This document shows positions 1 to 12,147 of a stretch of DNA of 64,000 bases, in pieces. The stretch lies in contig CAVXNM010000078.1 in assembly GCA_963763115.1 (NCBI GenBank), positions 21,477-85,476 on the forward strand, written 5' to 3'. The stretch's first letter is position 1; the number at the start of each line of letters is the position of its first letter. The position numbers were made by a program, and so were the translations under genes. The notes below the pieces were generated by a model, which made no database searches, was not told the origin of the DNA, and saw nothing but the letters and a program-made list of their open reading frames with translations. This stretch comes from an uncultured Gammaproteobacteria bacterium (GTDB taxonomy: Bacteria; Pseudomonadota; Gammaproteobacteria; UBA9214).

Positions 1-281
1 GGAATCCACGGAAAACACTGAAAAATAATAGCAAATAATTCAACAGGCTCTTGATTCATTCCTGGCAGCACGGTGTCACTGAATAAAATTATTCGATTAT
101 TGAATATTTCAGTGGATTCCATGGCCATTTTTCGTCGCAAAATCGCCGACGCCGGAATCAGAACCCGGTGCCGTCATATTCCTTCGGTATCGGGACGACG
201 CCTTTTTGACCGGGATCATGTACTGGCCGCCCGAAGGCCGTTAGGATTTTCGGTTTCACCTGCCCCGCGAGGAAGCCGCCC

Positions 282-1229
282 ATGGACCACGCCGTCTTTA
301 TCCAGACCAACCACAAGCAGATCACCGGCGCCATCGTCGCCGAATACGCCCTGCGGCGTTACTCAAGCCACAACGACAAATTCGACGTTCACATCGTCGA
401 CACCAGGGATTACTACTGGTTCAAGAGCCACGAGGGCAACCTCTACCTGCGCGACGGCGTCAAGCGCGTCTGGTTGAACGACGACCTGCAGTCGTTCACA
501 CCGACACGGTTCATGCCGCCCGAACTGATGGAGTACCAGGGGCGCGCGGTGGTCATCGATCCGGATATCTTCGCCGCCAGCGATGTGTGGGACCTGCTCT
601 CCCGCGACATGATGGGCAAGGCCATCCTGTGCCGTCCACGCTCCAAAATGAAGGGGATCGTGGACCATTGCCTGGCGACCAGCGTCATGCTGCTCGACTG
701 CGCAAAGCTCAGCCACTGGAAGGTGCAGGAAGCTTTCGAGGAAATGTTCGAGTTCCGGCGCGACTACATGGCGTGGGTCTGCCTGCGTCTGGAGGACCGC
801 GACACCATCGGACTGTTCGAAAATGAGTGGAACGATCTCGACAAGTTCACCACGGCAACCCGGATGCTGCACACCACCCGGCGCAAGACCCAGCCCTGGA
901 AGACCGGGCTGCCGGTCGACTGGCGCCCGGCCGAGCATTTCCGGCGCTTCCCGCCGCTCGGCTGGCTGATGCGCGCGCGCCGCCAGCTGTTCGGCGAATA
1001 CGCGTTTCTGGGTCAGTACAAGGAGCACCCGGACCCGAACCAGGAGCGCTTCTTCTTCGGTCTGCTGAAGGAATGCGTGGCCAAGGGCATCGTCACCAAG
1101 GAGTTCCTGCGCGAGCAGATGCGCCAGAACCACGTGCGCCACGATGCCTTCGAGGTGCTGGAACGCACCCCCGACCTGCCGCCGGCGCCGCAGCACCCCC
1201 TGTCGCAGGCGGTCGGAAAAGCGGCGTAG
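282..1229 (+). CDS. hypothetical protein, possibly nucleotide-sugar/glycosyl transferase-like (DxD-like VIDPDIF motif); function unknown
   Basis: 315-aa ORF with protein-like composition, followed by a strong hairpin. Convergent with an ELM1-like gene. No confident family recognition. Confidence 0.45.
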   Translation: MDHAVFIQTNHKQITGAIVAEYALRRYSSHNDKFDVHIVDTRDYYWFKSHEGNLYLRDGVKRVWLNDDLQSFTPTRFMPPELMEYQGRAVVIDPDIFAASDVWDLLSRDMMGKAILCRPRSKMKGIVDHCLATSVMLLDCAKLSHWKVQEAFEEMFEFRRDYMAWVCLRLEDRDTIGLFENEWNDLDKFTTATRMLHTTRRKTQPWKTGLPVDWRPAEHFRRFPPLGWLMRARRQLFGEYAFLGQYKEHPDPNQERFFFGLLKECVAKGIVTKEFLREQMRQNHVRHDAFEVLERTPDLPPAPQHPLSQAVGKAA

Positions 1230-1236
1230 GGAAATA

Positions 1237-1295
1237 GGAAATAGGGGACAGACCCCGTTTTCTCTGCGAGAAAACGGGGTCTGTCCCCTATTTCC
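1237..1295. terminator. 28-bp perfect-stem hairpin (3-nt loop) between convergent genes; likely bidirectional terminator
   Basis: ggaaataggggacagaccccgttttctc-tgc-gagaaaacggggtctgtcccctatttcc is read directly. It is preceded by a tandem ggaaatag repeat. The right arm overlaps the last codons of the minus-strand gene ending at 1288. Confidence 0.6.
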
Positions 1296-2409
1296 TGGCG
1301 GCGAAGAGGGCACGCACCCGCGCGGCGGCGCGCACGATGTCCGATTCCTGTTGCGTTCCGCCGCCCCGCCACTCCTGCCCGACCCAGACGGCGCGGCCGC
1401 TCGCGACCAGGCGCTCCTGGATGCGGGAGACATCGCGACGCATGCGACGCGGCGCCAGCGCCATGGCGAGGTGGTAGCTCAGCGGCTTGTAGCGCAGATT
1501 GTGCCGGTGGCGCCACCACGGGCGGCAGCCGGGCGAGGCGCCGTCGCCGCCGGCAGGGCAATCTGACAGATCGAAGATATACAGCGGCTTGCCGGTGGCG
1601 CTCGCCTCGGCCAGCATCGACATGCTCTCGCCGGTGACCACCAGCCGGTCGGCCAGGGCCAGGTAGGCGTGGTAGGGATTCTCCTCGGCCGGATCACCCC
1701 AGCGAAACACCGAGAGCGGCGCCTCGAGGGTTGCCAGAAAGGCCGCAAAGGCGCTCTCCGGCGTGCGCGCGCTGTTGGTGACCAGCACCGACCCGCCCTC
1801 GTTGCGCACGCGGGCGTTCAGCCAGCGGGCGAGACGGATGGCCTTGTCGGCGCTAAACACAAACGGCCCGCTGTCGCCGCCCAGCATCACCGACCAGTAA
1901 GGCTGCGTCAGGTGCGCAAACCGGTCGCTCCAGCGCAATGCGACCTCATCCAGGCCGGCTGGCGTGATCCGGTGCAGCGGCAGATCGATCGGCAGGATGT
2001 TCGGACGCTCCGGCAGGAAATACTGGGGAGTCACGACGATCAGATCGAAGCAATCGAGCGGCGCCCATGGACGTCCAACATGCACCAGCCGGGTGTGCCC
2101 GTCGGCCTGGCGTCGTATCCAGCGCGCCACCGGCTCGTTGCGCCGTCCCGCGGTGATCACCAGGTCGGGCCACGGCGGGTCCAGCGGGCTGGAACCCGCC
2201 CGGTCGATGCCGGCCAGCGTCACGCCGAGCAGCCGGTTGCTCAGCAGTTCCCAGGGTTGATAGGCGAAGCGCTTGAGTTCGAACGGCCAGCGCAACGCCT
2301 CGGCCAGCGCCACCACCTGGGTGTTGTCGCCCGCCTTGTGGCCGGTCAACAGCCACACCCGCGGCTGGCGGGGTATCGGCGGGGTATCCGCAACAGCGGA
2401 ATCATTCAT
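1288..2409 (-). CDS. ELM1/DUF1022 family protein (mitochondrial-fission ELM1 homolog; predicted GT-B-like fold)
   Basis: 373-aa protein. Motifs WLLTGHKAGDNTQ...PWPDLVITAGRRNEP...VTNSARTPE...PYHAYLALAD are typical of the DUF1022/ELM1 family. Paralogous to the next gene. Confidence 0.75.
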   Translation of the reverse strand: MNDSAVADTPPIPRQPRVWLLTGHKAGDNTQVVALAEALRWPFELKRFAYQPWELLSNRLLGVTLAGIDRAGSSPLDPPWPDLVITAGRRNEPVARWIRRQADGHTRLVHVGRPWAPLDCFDLIVVTPQYFLPERPNILPIDLPLHRITPAGLDEVALRWSDRFAHLTQPYWSVMLGGDSGPFVFSADKAIRLARWLNARVRNEGGSVLVTNSARTPESAFAAFLATLEAPLSVFRWGDPAEENPYHAYLALADRLVVTGESMSMLAEASATGKPLYIFDLSDCPAGGDGASPGCRPWWRHRHNLRYKPLSYHLAMALAPRRMRRDVSRIQERLVASGRAVWVGQEWRGGGTQQESDIVRAAARVRALFAARK

Positions 2410-2450
2410 GAATAGAGCTCTTTACCTGGTGTTCAGCGCTAACAGCATTA

Positions 2451-2546
2451 TTCACCGCAGAGAACGCAAAGGACGCAAAGGACGCAAAGAAATTCTATAG
2501 TGAAAACAAGTAAATGACTTTGCGTTCATTGCGCCTTTGCGGTGAG
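2451..2546. repeat. REP-like imperfect inverted repeat built on core TTCACCGCAGAGAACGCAAAG, with an internal GCAAAGGAC tandem
   Basis: ttcaccgcagagaacgcaaaggacgcaaaggacgcaaag ... ctttgcgttcattgcgcctttgcggtgag. The same core recurs at 51863-51940 and 52079-52105. Confidence 0.6.
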
Positions 2547-2560
2547 TTTTTTGTATGGAT

Positions 2561-3703
2561 CTAGGAATTGCTCTGCGCGCTCCGCGTCTCTGCAGAGAAT
2601 TCGGAAGCCACAGGGTCAGCCGAACCGTCAAACAACGCCCGCACCCGTACCAGTGCGCGTTCGAGATCACGCAAGGGCGGGGGCACCCCATCGGGAAATG
2701 TCTCTCCCAGCCAGACGGCATGCCCGCGCTCGATCAGGCGCCGGTGCACCAGCCCGATGTCGCGGCTCAACCGGTTCGGACCCCAGCGCATCAACCAACG
2801 ATACAGGGTCCCCGACAGTCGGAAATCGTGTTCCCGGTCTCCTGTCAGGCCGGAAGTTTTTATCGGACGGTCCGCGTCGAACATATAGACCGGTTTGCCG
2901 GTCGCGCAGGCCTCCGTCAGCATGGAGATGCTGTCCGCCGTGACGATAATGGCGTCGGCCAGCGCCAGGTAGCCGAAGTAGGGGTTGTGGTCATCGTCGC
3001 AGCGCCAGCGGTAAAAGTGCACCGGCGCCTCGATGCCCGCGGACAAGGACTCGACCGCCGCCGGCGCCGTGCGGGCACTGGTGGTCACCAGCAGAGAGCC
3101 GCCCTGCGCCCCGGCCATGGCGCTGGCCTGGCGCGCCAGTCGCGCGGCTGCCTTGCGTCCGAACGTCGTGGGTCCGCTGTCGCCCCCGGTGATCACGGCG
3201 ATGCGGGGTCGCGGCAGCGTCGCGAGCCGCGACTCCCAGTGGCGCGCCTCGGCCTGCAGCCGCGCAACGGTCACACGATGCAGGGTGAGGTTATTGTGCA
3301 GCACGTTATCGCGCTCGGGCAGGCGGTACTGTGGCGTGGTGATCACCAGGTCGAACTGCTCCAGCCGCGCCCAGGGACGCCCGATGTGCACGATGCGCGT
3401 GCGTCCGGCAGACTGCTGGCGTATCCAGCGGCAGGCCGGTTCGTTGCGCATGCCGGCCGTGATCACCAGGTCGGGCCAGGGCGGACTGAGCGGACTGGAC
3501 CGGTCCATCCGGAAGCCCCTCAAGCTGCTGCTGCGGAACAAGCTGATACGGGCGGCCGAGGGCCGGTAGTCGAGCTCCTTGACCTCGAAGGTCCAGCCCA
3601 GCGCCTCGGCGAGCGCCAGTACCTGGGCGCGTTCCCCCGCGCGATAGCCGGTCACCACCCAGACCCGTGGCGGTGCATAGGTCGATTCGGCATTATCTGG
3701 CAT
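2561..3703 (-). CDS. ELM1/DUF1022 family protein, tandem paralog
   Basis: 380-aa protein with the same motif series (VWVVTGYRAGE..., PWPDLVITAGMRNEP, VTTSARTAP, PYFGYLALAD). About 45% identical by eye to the 1288-2409 product. Confidence 0.75.
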   Translation of the reverse strand: MPDNAESTYAPPRVWVVTGYRAGERAQVLALAEALGWTFEVKELDYRPSAARISLFRSSSLRGFRMDRSSPLSPPWPDLVITAGMRNEPACRWIRQQSAGRTRIVHIGRPWARLEQFDLVITTPQYRLPERDNVLHNNLTLHRVTVARLQAEARHWESRLATLPRPRIAVITGGDSGPTTFGRKAAARLARQASAMAGAQGGSLLVTTSARTAPAAVESLSAGIEAPVHFYRWRCDDDHNPYFGYLALADAIIVTADSISMLTEACATGKPVYMFDADRPIKTSGLTGDREHDFRLSGTLYRWLMRWGPNRLSRDIGLVHRRLIERGHAVWLGETFPDGVPPPLRDLERALVRVRALFDGSADPVASEFSAETRSAQSNS

Positions 3704-3852
3704 TCGGTTGATAGACTCTCCCCCCCGGAGTCAGGCATGGCAGAGCCGCCTGAGTACAAGTACAATCTACGCCTTGCATAACCTGGCGGCCCGGCCAGGG
3801 ATGCGCGAACCGCCCTGACTGGCCTTCAAATATACCGGATTCGAACTGCTCA

Positions 3853-4095
3853 ATGCCCGATTACAACGAATTCATTACCCGCATCTTCAGAATCCTGCAA
3901 CCCTTCCTGAAACCGGGACAGGCGCTGAGTGAGGACAGCGAGCTGGTGGGCGAACTCGGCCTGACCTCGCTGCAGGTAATGATGATGGTCGAGCAGATCG
4001 AGGACGATTTCGATATCACCGTACCCCTCAACATCCTCCCGGATATCCGCACCATACGCGATCTCGCCGTGCAGCTGGAGAAGCTGCTGGCCTGA
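3853..4095 (+). CDS. acyl carrier protein (phosphopantetheine-binding)
   Basis: 80-aa acidic protein with the LGLTSLQ Ser attachment-site motif. It lies immediately upstream of an alpha-oxoamine synthase gene. Confidence 0.75.
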   Translation: MPDYNEFITRIFRILQPFLKPGQALSEDSELVGELGLTSLQVMMMVEQIEDDFDITVPLNILPDIRTIRDLAVQLEKLLA

Positions 4096-4099
4096 CCCC

Positions 4100-6593
<2,494 letters not shown>

Positions 6594-6693
6594 TGCCGCT
6601 CGAGCCCATGGGAGCGGGAATCATGGGTTTGCAGAATCAGCGGGTTACTGGATCCCCGATTTCGCGAGGATGACTTGTTCAGTAGTCTCTGAA

Positions 6694-7455
6694 ATGTATT
6701 CAGCACTCATGGGTGATCAATCCTGGCAACCGTCGGCACACCAATCTCCGCCCGCACCCGGGGAGATCCATGTCTGGCGCATCGATCTCGCCGTCCCCAA
6801 GGGATCGCAGGCCGGTGAGGCGGTGCTCTCCCCCGATGAGCACGAACGCGCCACGCGTCTGCTTTGCGAACACAAGCGCGCCCGGTTCATCGCCGGGCGC
6901 ATCGCGCTGCGGAGGCTGCTCGGTCAATACCTCGGCGAGGCGCCGCAGGCGCTCGTCTTTCGCTACGGCCCGCACGGCAAACCCGCCCTGGTCACCGGGG
7001 CGTCGGATGCAACACTCACATTCAACTTCAGCCACTCGGAGGATCTGGCGCTGCTGGCCGTTGCGACCGGACGCGAGGTCGGCATCGACATCGAATACCG
7101 CCACCGCGACATCAGCGTGGCGGCGTTCGCCCGGCAGATCCTGTGCGAGAACGAGGCCGCCGCCCTGCAACGACTGCCGGCGGAGCGGCACAAACAGGCG
7201 CTGCTCACGACCTGGACGCGCAAGGAAGCCTACGTCAAGGCGCTGGGCGAGGGACTCGCGCGGTCATTGAAAAGTTTCTCGGCAGGGTATGCCGACGACG
7301 ACGAAACCGCTGTGCGGCGACTGGAGGATGCTGACGGAGCGCTGCGGCTCTGGACGTTCGCCCCGCTCGCCGTGCACCCGGATTATCTCGCCTGTCTGGC
7401 GGCCCCGGGCAGCGACTGGACGCCGCGCTGCTTCGCCTGGCGTCCGGCGCCGTGA
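6694..7455 (+). CDS. 4'-phosphopantetheinyl transferase (Sfp/EntD type)
   Basis: C-terminal WTRKEAYVKALG and GIDIE motifs. The long upstream ORF frame (from 6235) overlaps the murA 3' end and is discounted. The start is taken at an internal Met (6694 or 6709). Confidence 0.75.
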   Translation: MYSALMGDQSWQPSAHQSPPAPGEIHVWRIDLAVPKGSQAGEAVLSPDEHERATRLLCEHKRARFIAGRIALRRLLGQYLGEAPQALVFRYGPHGKPALVTGASDATLTFNFSHSEDLALLAVATGREVGIDIEYRHRDISVAAFARQILCENEAAALQRLPAERHKQALLTTWTRKEAYVKALGEGLARSLKSFSAGYADDDETAVRRLEDADGALRLWTFAPLAVHPDYLACLAAPGSDWTPRCFAWRPAP

Positions 7456-7504
7456 ATCCACTGCCGCCGCTGGCGCCAGCTGCAATCGGTACCTCCCACT
7501 TTGT

Positions 7505-8419
7505 TTACCGCATCCTGCGCGGGTCTGACTCGATGCCAGGCGTTTCGACGCCAATCCGCGGAGCACTCTCCCACGCCACCATCGCGCGCTTGCGCACCGG
7601 GCCCCAGCGGTAGTCGCCGATCACGCCCGTCTCGCGAATCACGCGATGACAGGGTATTAGCCAGGCCAGGGGATTGTGACCCACCGCCGTGCCGACGGCA
7701 CGGGCGGCAGCGGGATTGTCGAGCGCCGCGGCCAGGCGCCCGTAGCTGACGAGCGTGCCGGACGGCACGTGAAGCAACGCCCGCCAGACGCGCAGTTGAA
7801 AGGTCGTGCCTTTCACCAACGCGCGCAGGGCGGGTCGCGAATGACGACCGGCCGGTGCTTCGAAAATACTGCCTGCCAGCCGTGCCGCGTTTGTATCGTC
7901 CCGCTGCAGCCGCACCCGCGGCCAGTGCTCCCGGAGCGCGGCCAGTGCCGCCGCGCCGTCTCCGGAATCGATGAAGGTGAGATGGCACAGGCCGCGGGGA
8001 CTCTCGCCGATCAGGCACCGGCCGAAGGGGCTGTCGGTGAAGCCAGCGGTAATCGTCAAGCCCTCGCCGCCGGATTTCACTTCACCGGGAGAGGCCGCTT
8101 CCAGGATGATGCAGAGATCGTGCAATCGGCCCGGGCCCGAAAGTCCCGAATCCAGGGCAGCATCGAGAACACTCGTGCCCTGGCGAAGCAGGGCCTTCGC
8201 ATGGGCCAGCGTGAGGCACTGCAGAAAATCCTTGGGCGTGATGCCGGCCCAGGCGGAGAACAGGCGGTGAAAGTGGAACGGGCTCAGGCCGGCGACTTCC
8301 GCCAGGCTCGCGAGATCGGGTTGCTCGGCGCGGCGTGCATCCAGATAGCGGATGACCCGCGCGATGCGCTCGTAATCGTTCATATCGGCATACTGCCACG
8401 GCGGGATTGGTGTTCCCAC
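7505..8419 (-). CDS. Ada-like bifunctional protein: AraC-type HTH regulator fused to methylated-DNA-[protein]-cysteine S-methyltransferase
   Basis: N-terminal AraC HTH (LSPFHFHRLFSAWAGITPKDF). C-terminal MGMT with the IPCHRVI active-site Cys and the VSYGRLA motif. Confidence 0.8.
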   Translation of the reverse strand: MGTPIPPWQYADMNDYERIARVIRYLDARRAEQPDLASLAEVAGLSPFHFHRLFSAWAGITPKDFLQCLTLAHAKALLRQGTSVLDAALDSGLSGPGRLHDLCIILEAASPGEVKSGGEGLTITAGFTDSPFGRCLIGESPRGLCHLTFIDSGDGAAALAALREHWPRVRLQRDDTNAARLAGSIFEAPAGRHSRPALRALVKGTTFQLRVWRALLHVPSGTLVSYGRLAAALDNPAAARAVGTAVGHNPLAWLIPCHRVIRETGVIGDYRWGPVRKRAMVAWESAPRIGVETPGIESDPRRMR

Positions 8420-8551
8420 CCGATTCTTGCGGCACTGCAGGGCACGCGTGACCGCGCCCCGCGCGCCGATACGTTCAGTTTATGGAGTATCAGTGAGATT
8501 ATGGATCCCTGCTTTCGCGGGGATGAGCCGTGCTGATATTCCCTGATGGGA

Positions 8552-11500
8552 TTACCTGTCCACCGTGACGTTGAGGTCGATCGCCTGCTCCAGGCCCGAC
8601 TCGCCGGACAGACTGAAATAGCGCGAGAGTTCATAGGTGAACTTCATCTTCCAGACCTCGTTGAAGAGGCCGTAGAGGTACTCCACGCGAAGCTGTGAGC
8701 TGAGCTGCTTGCCGACGCTCACCATGCTCTCCTCCTCCGTTGCGCCGGACTCTACGCCGAGGTCGACACCGATCGCCTCGGTTATATCCCTGGTGAGCGG
8801 ATTGCTGGCGCCGAGCCCGGCGGCGGCGGTAATTGCCTGGGATTGGGTGCTGGCGGTGGACGTGAGCGGCTTGCCGGTCAGCAGGTAGGACATCGCCTCG
8901 GCCTCCGGCAGCACCGGGTCGGAGTAAACCGTCGCGAGCGGCGACTGCAGCGTACCGGTGATCAGGATGCCAGCCTTGACATTGCCGGTGGTGCGGGTGG
9001 CGCGTATATCGAGCGCCGGATTGTCCAGGGGTCCGGTGAACAGCAGCCGTCCCTGCTCGATGACGAGCTTCTGGCCATAGGCTTCATAAATCCCTTGTTT
9101 CAGTTTCAGCACGCCGTCGCCGACGATATCCCCGCCCGACAGGCTGCGCAGCCGCAGGTTTCCGGCAAGCTGGGTGGCAAGCCCCAGCCCCTGGAAATGC
9201 ACGGCATTACCGACCTTCACCCTGACGTCGATGACAAGCGCCGTTTTTTCTGTGCCGGTTTCTGCCTGCGACGCCGCGTCGCTCTCGCCGACGATCACCT
9301 GGTCGTCCGATACCCGCACCGCGCTCTTCGGCAGCTGCTTCACCTCGATCTTCGCCGCGGGAATGACGACGCTGCCCTTGAGCTCGATACGGCGGGTGTC
9401 GCCGCTCAGCCTGAGCGCCGGGTCGGCCGTCACCGCGGCCTCCGGCAGGCGTGCCACGGCGAATGCCTGCCCTCCAATGTCGAGGTGAAACGGCCAGTGT
9501 GTCTCGGGGTCGAGACGCACTTCGCCCTGCAGGCTCACCGTGCCCTGATCGGAATGCACCGTGCCGCTGAGCGCCACGCGCTCGGTGCCGTCAATCTGCG
9601 CCCGCAGCCTGATGTCGGTCAGTTCGAGGCCGAGGCCGGGAACCAGCACCTTTCCCTGCGCGAGTTCGGCGTGACCGCTGAGGCGCGGCGCGCCCACGCT
9701 GCCATGCAGCCGGAACTTCGCGACGGCGGATCCGCCCGTGGTGTTGACTTCGGCGACCAGGGCATTGATGAAGGTGATGTCCGGTAATTCCAGATCCAGT
9801 TCACCGGTTAGCGGATAATCGTCGGGTGTGCTGCCGCGGAGCGTCGCCTCGACACTTCCCCGGGCATGTCCTTCCGCCAAACCAACGCGAAAATCCGCGC
9901 GTGCGCGTTCTTCGCCGTAGCGCGCGATCACCTCGGCGTCCCGGTAGGTGCTGGTGTACGGGGCTTCCTCCCCGGTGTCGATCTGCAGCGTCCCCTGCGC
10001 GGAGCGAGCCTGCAGGTTCACCCCGGTTTTACCATTCGAACCACTGGCCTCGGCATCGACCTCGAGCACACCCACGATGCGGCCTGGGACATCGAGCAGG
10101 GAGGCGAGCCGTTCGAGCGGCAGCGCGTCGATTCGTGCTTTGGCATTCCAGCCGCCGGCGGCGCGCCACGCCCCTTCCAGGCAGGCACTGGAATGCTCCG
10201 ATTCCCAGCAGGCGGTAACCGGCTCCAGGCGGCTGGCGCCGAGATCGAGCCGCACCGGCTCCCGCAACCGCCAGTCGCCGAGTTGTCCGAGATCGAAGTC
10301 GGCGCGCGCAAGGCGCCCGTTCCAGTGTCCGCCGGCGTATCCCCCTTCCAGCACGGTGAGCGTGCTGCCTGCCGCCGCCTCCGCGGTTAGCTGCAGCCGG
10401 TGCCGCTCGATCCAGCCACGGGCATCCAGCTGCAGGCGTACGACGCTCTCCCCGCCGAGGTTCAGATCCGTTGCCTGTACGCGGACCGTCGAACGCTGCT
10501 GATTCCCCTCATCGAGCACAACCTGACCCTGCAGCTCAGCGACAGCGTCGTCCCGGTAACGAAGCCCCATGACCGACACGTTAATGCGTCCGCCGGGACG
10601 CTCCGCATCGCCGCGCAGCGACCCCGTTGCGGTAATCGATCCCGCCAGATCGGGCGCAAGTTGCGCGAGGTTAGCAGCATCGGCGTTGAACTCGAGGTTC
10701 AGTTGCTCAGCATACTGGCCGGAGAGCGTGAGGCTGTTGTCGCCGGAACGGATGACCAGCCGTTCGCTCTCCACACCACCGGTGTGAAACACCACGTCCC
10801 CCAGCGCGCTCACCGGGTGCTCGCGCAGCGTCCCGTTCAGACGTGCATCGTGCAACCGGACGCTATAGTCATCGTCGCGGACCTGCGCCAGCAGCCGGGT
10901 TTCGATCCCGAGTTTCCCCGGCCAGTCCGGCCACAGCAGGCCCGGGTTGACTCCGCCGCCGCCGATGCCGAGATCGATGGCGAGTCCTGCCTTCCAGTCC
11001 AGTGTGCCGGTGGCGTCGAGCCGGCCGTCCAGCCCTGCCACTTCGAGCTGATCGAACACCAGCCCGTCGGTCGTCCCGCGGCCTTTCGCCTGGACCTCGA
11101 GCGGGGGAAGTTCCGCGCCTTCGAAATCGCCGTCGAGCGTGTAACGGTAGTCTCCGACCACCCCGTTCAGGGTGTAGTGACCGTGCGCGCTGCGGTATTC
11201 CGCGGCGCCCTTTAGCGGCCATCGCAGATCGTCCCATTCGCCCTCCAGGGTGACGGTGGGGATACCTGCAACGAAGCGCACTTTCCCCCGCGTCGCGATG
11301 ACAAAGGGGGCGGCAAGCCGGTGATCGAGGCGCAGGCCGTTCACATCGCCCTCGAGCGTGGCATGACCGGCGCCGTCCACGCCGGACGGCAGGTGGCCGC
11401 GCCAGTCGAGCGTGGCGGTAAACGGATAGGGGGAGTGCAGGGCAGCCCGGCCGCGCAGTTCCGCCGAGGCGCCGGCCGCCGCCAGGTGGAAACGGTTGAT

Positions 11501-11998
11501 GCGCAGGCCGGCGACGGGACCGGCGTGTGCGGACAGATCCAGTTCATCGATAGTGGTTTCCTGCGAACCGAGCTGCAGGGACAGTCGCCGGATGCTCAGC
11601 GCCTTGACGTCGAGGGTGAATGGCAGGGTAATCCTCTCGGGCGGCGTGAACGCGGTAGAATCGGTATCCGTGGCGGGCATCTGGTAGACGGCGTCCTCGA
11701 TCGCCAGGTTGCGCACGCGCAGGCCGCCGCGCAGCAAACCGACGGGATCGATCGCCAGTTCAAGGCGGCCGGCTTGCAGGTGCGTGTCGTCCAGCCGGTA
11801 GTCGATGCCGTCGGCGACAAGGCCGGTCAGCAGGCTGCCTGCGATCTGCCTGATCACCAGCGTGCCGGGCGCGAAGCTCGTGGCCCGTTCGATCAGCCAG
11901 CGACTGCCCGCGGGGCTTGCCAGCAGGGCGGTCACCAACAGCAGGAACACTGCCGTCAGACCCAGCAGAACAGCCAGCCCTTTCCAGAGTCTGCGCAT
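8552..11998 (-). CDS. tamB: translocation and assembly module inner-membrane subunit TamB
   Basis: 1148-aa protein with an N-terminal TM segment and a long beta-rich repetitive body. Conserved C-terminal DUF490 region (GxxxYEAYGQKL...). Immediately downstream of tamA. Confidence 0.8.
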   Translation of the reverse strand: MRRLWKGLAVLLGLTAVFLLLVTALLASPAGSRWLIERATSFAPGTLVIRQIAGSLLTGLVADGIDYRLDDTHLQAGRLELAIDPVGLLRGGLRVRNLAIEDAVYQMPATDTDSTAFTPPERITLPFTLDVKALSIRRLSLQLGSQETTIDELDLSAHAGPVAGLRINRFHLAAAGASAELRGRAALHSPYPFTATLDWRGHLPSGVDGAGHATLEGDVNGLRLDHRLAAPFVIATRGKVRFVAGIPTVTLEGEWDDLRWPLKGAAEYRSAHGHYTLNGVVGDYRYTLDGDFEGAELPPLEVQAKGRGTTDGLVFDQLEVAGLDGRLDATGTLDWKAGLAIDLGIGGGGVNPGLLWPDWPGKLGIETRLLAQVRDDDYSVRLHDARLNGTLREHPVSALGDVVFHTGGVESERLVIRSGDNSLTLSGQYAEQLNLEFNADAANLAQLAPDLAGSITATGSLRGDAERPGGRINVSVMGLRYRDDAVAELQGQVVLDEGNQQRSTVRVQATDLNLGGESVVRLQLDARGWIERHRLQLTAEAAAGSTLTVLEGGYAGGHWNGRLARADFDLGQLGDWRLREPVRLDLGASRLEPVTACWESEHSSACLEGAWRAAGGWNAKARIDALPLERLASLLDVPGRIVGVLEVDAEASGSNGKTGVNLQARSAQGTLQIDTGEEAPYTSTYRDAEVIARYGEERARADFRVGLAEGHARGSVEATLRGSTPDDYPLTGELDLELPDITFINALVAEVNTTGGSAVAKFRLHGSVGAPRLSGHAELAQGKVLVPGLGLELTDIRLRAQIDGTERVALSGTVHSDQGTVSLQGEVRLDPETHWPFHLDIGGQAFAVARLPEAAVTADPALRLSGDTRRIELKGSVVIPAAKIEVKQLPKSAVRVSDDQVIVGESDAASQAETGTEKTALVIDVRVKVGNAVHFQGLGLATQLAGNLRLRSLSGGDIVGDGVLKLKQGIYEAYGQKLVIEQGRLLFTGPLDNPALDIRATRTTGNVKAGILITGTLQSPLATVYSDPVLPEAEAMSYLLTGKPLTSTASTQSQAITAAAGLGASNPLTRDITEAIGVDLGVESGATEEESMVSVGKQLSSQLRVEYLYGLFNEVWKMKFTYELSRYFSLSGESGLEQAIDLNVTVDR

Positions 11999-12147
11999 CA
12001 GATTAGCCCGTCTTTCTCATCGGAATCCGTGTGCTGCGATGTGCAGCATTTATCAAATGCCAGTCAAATCCACTGTAAAAATTCCATGTTTCGATGCGTC
12101 CTTAAATGCAATATGTCGTTCTGCAGCCGCCCGGTGAGAGGTGCGAG

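Noticed and set aside
73-477. ORF 73-477 (134 aa) at the window start
   Set aside because: Low-complexity Ser/Thr/Arg-rich translation overlapping the better-supported 282-1229 ORF. The region 1-280 looks like an AT-rich promoter/operator with a 9-bp inverted repeat (ggaatccac/gtggattcc).
363-1433. Long antisense ORFs throughout (e.g. 363-1433, 2555-3781, 8843-9787, 12106-14025, 14271-15074, 46694-48235, 56858-58498, 60869-61717)
   Set aside because: They sit opposite well-supported genes, have Arg/Ala/Gly/Pro-rich low-complexity translations typical of high-GC antisense frames, and show no recognisable motifs.
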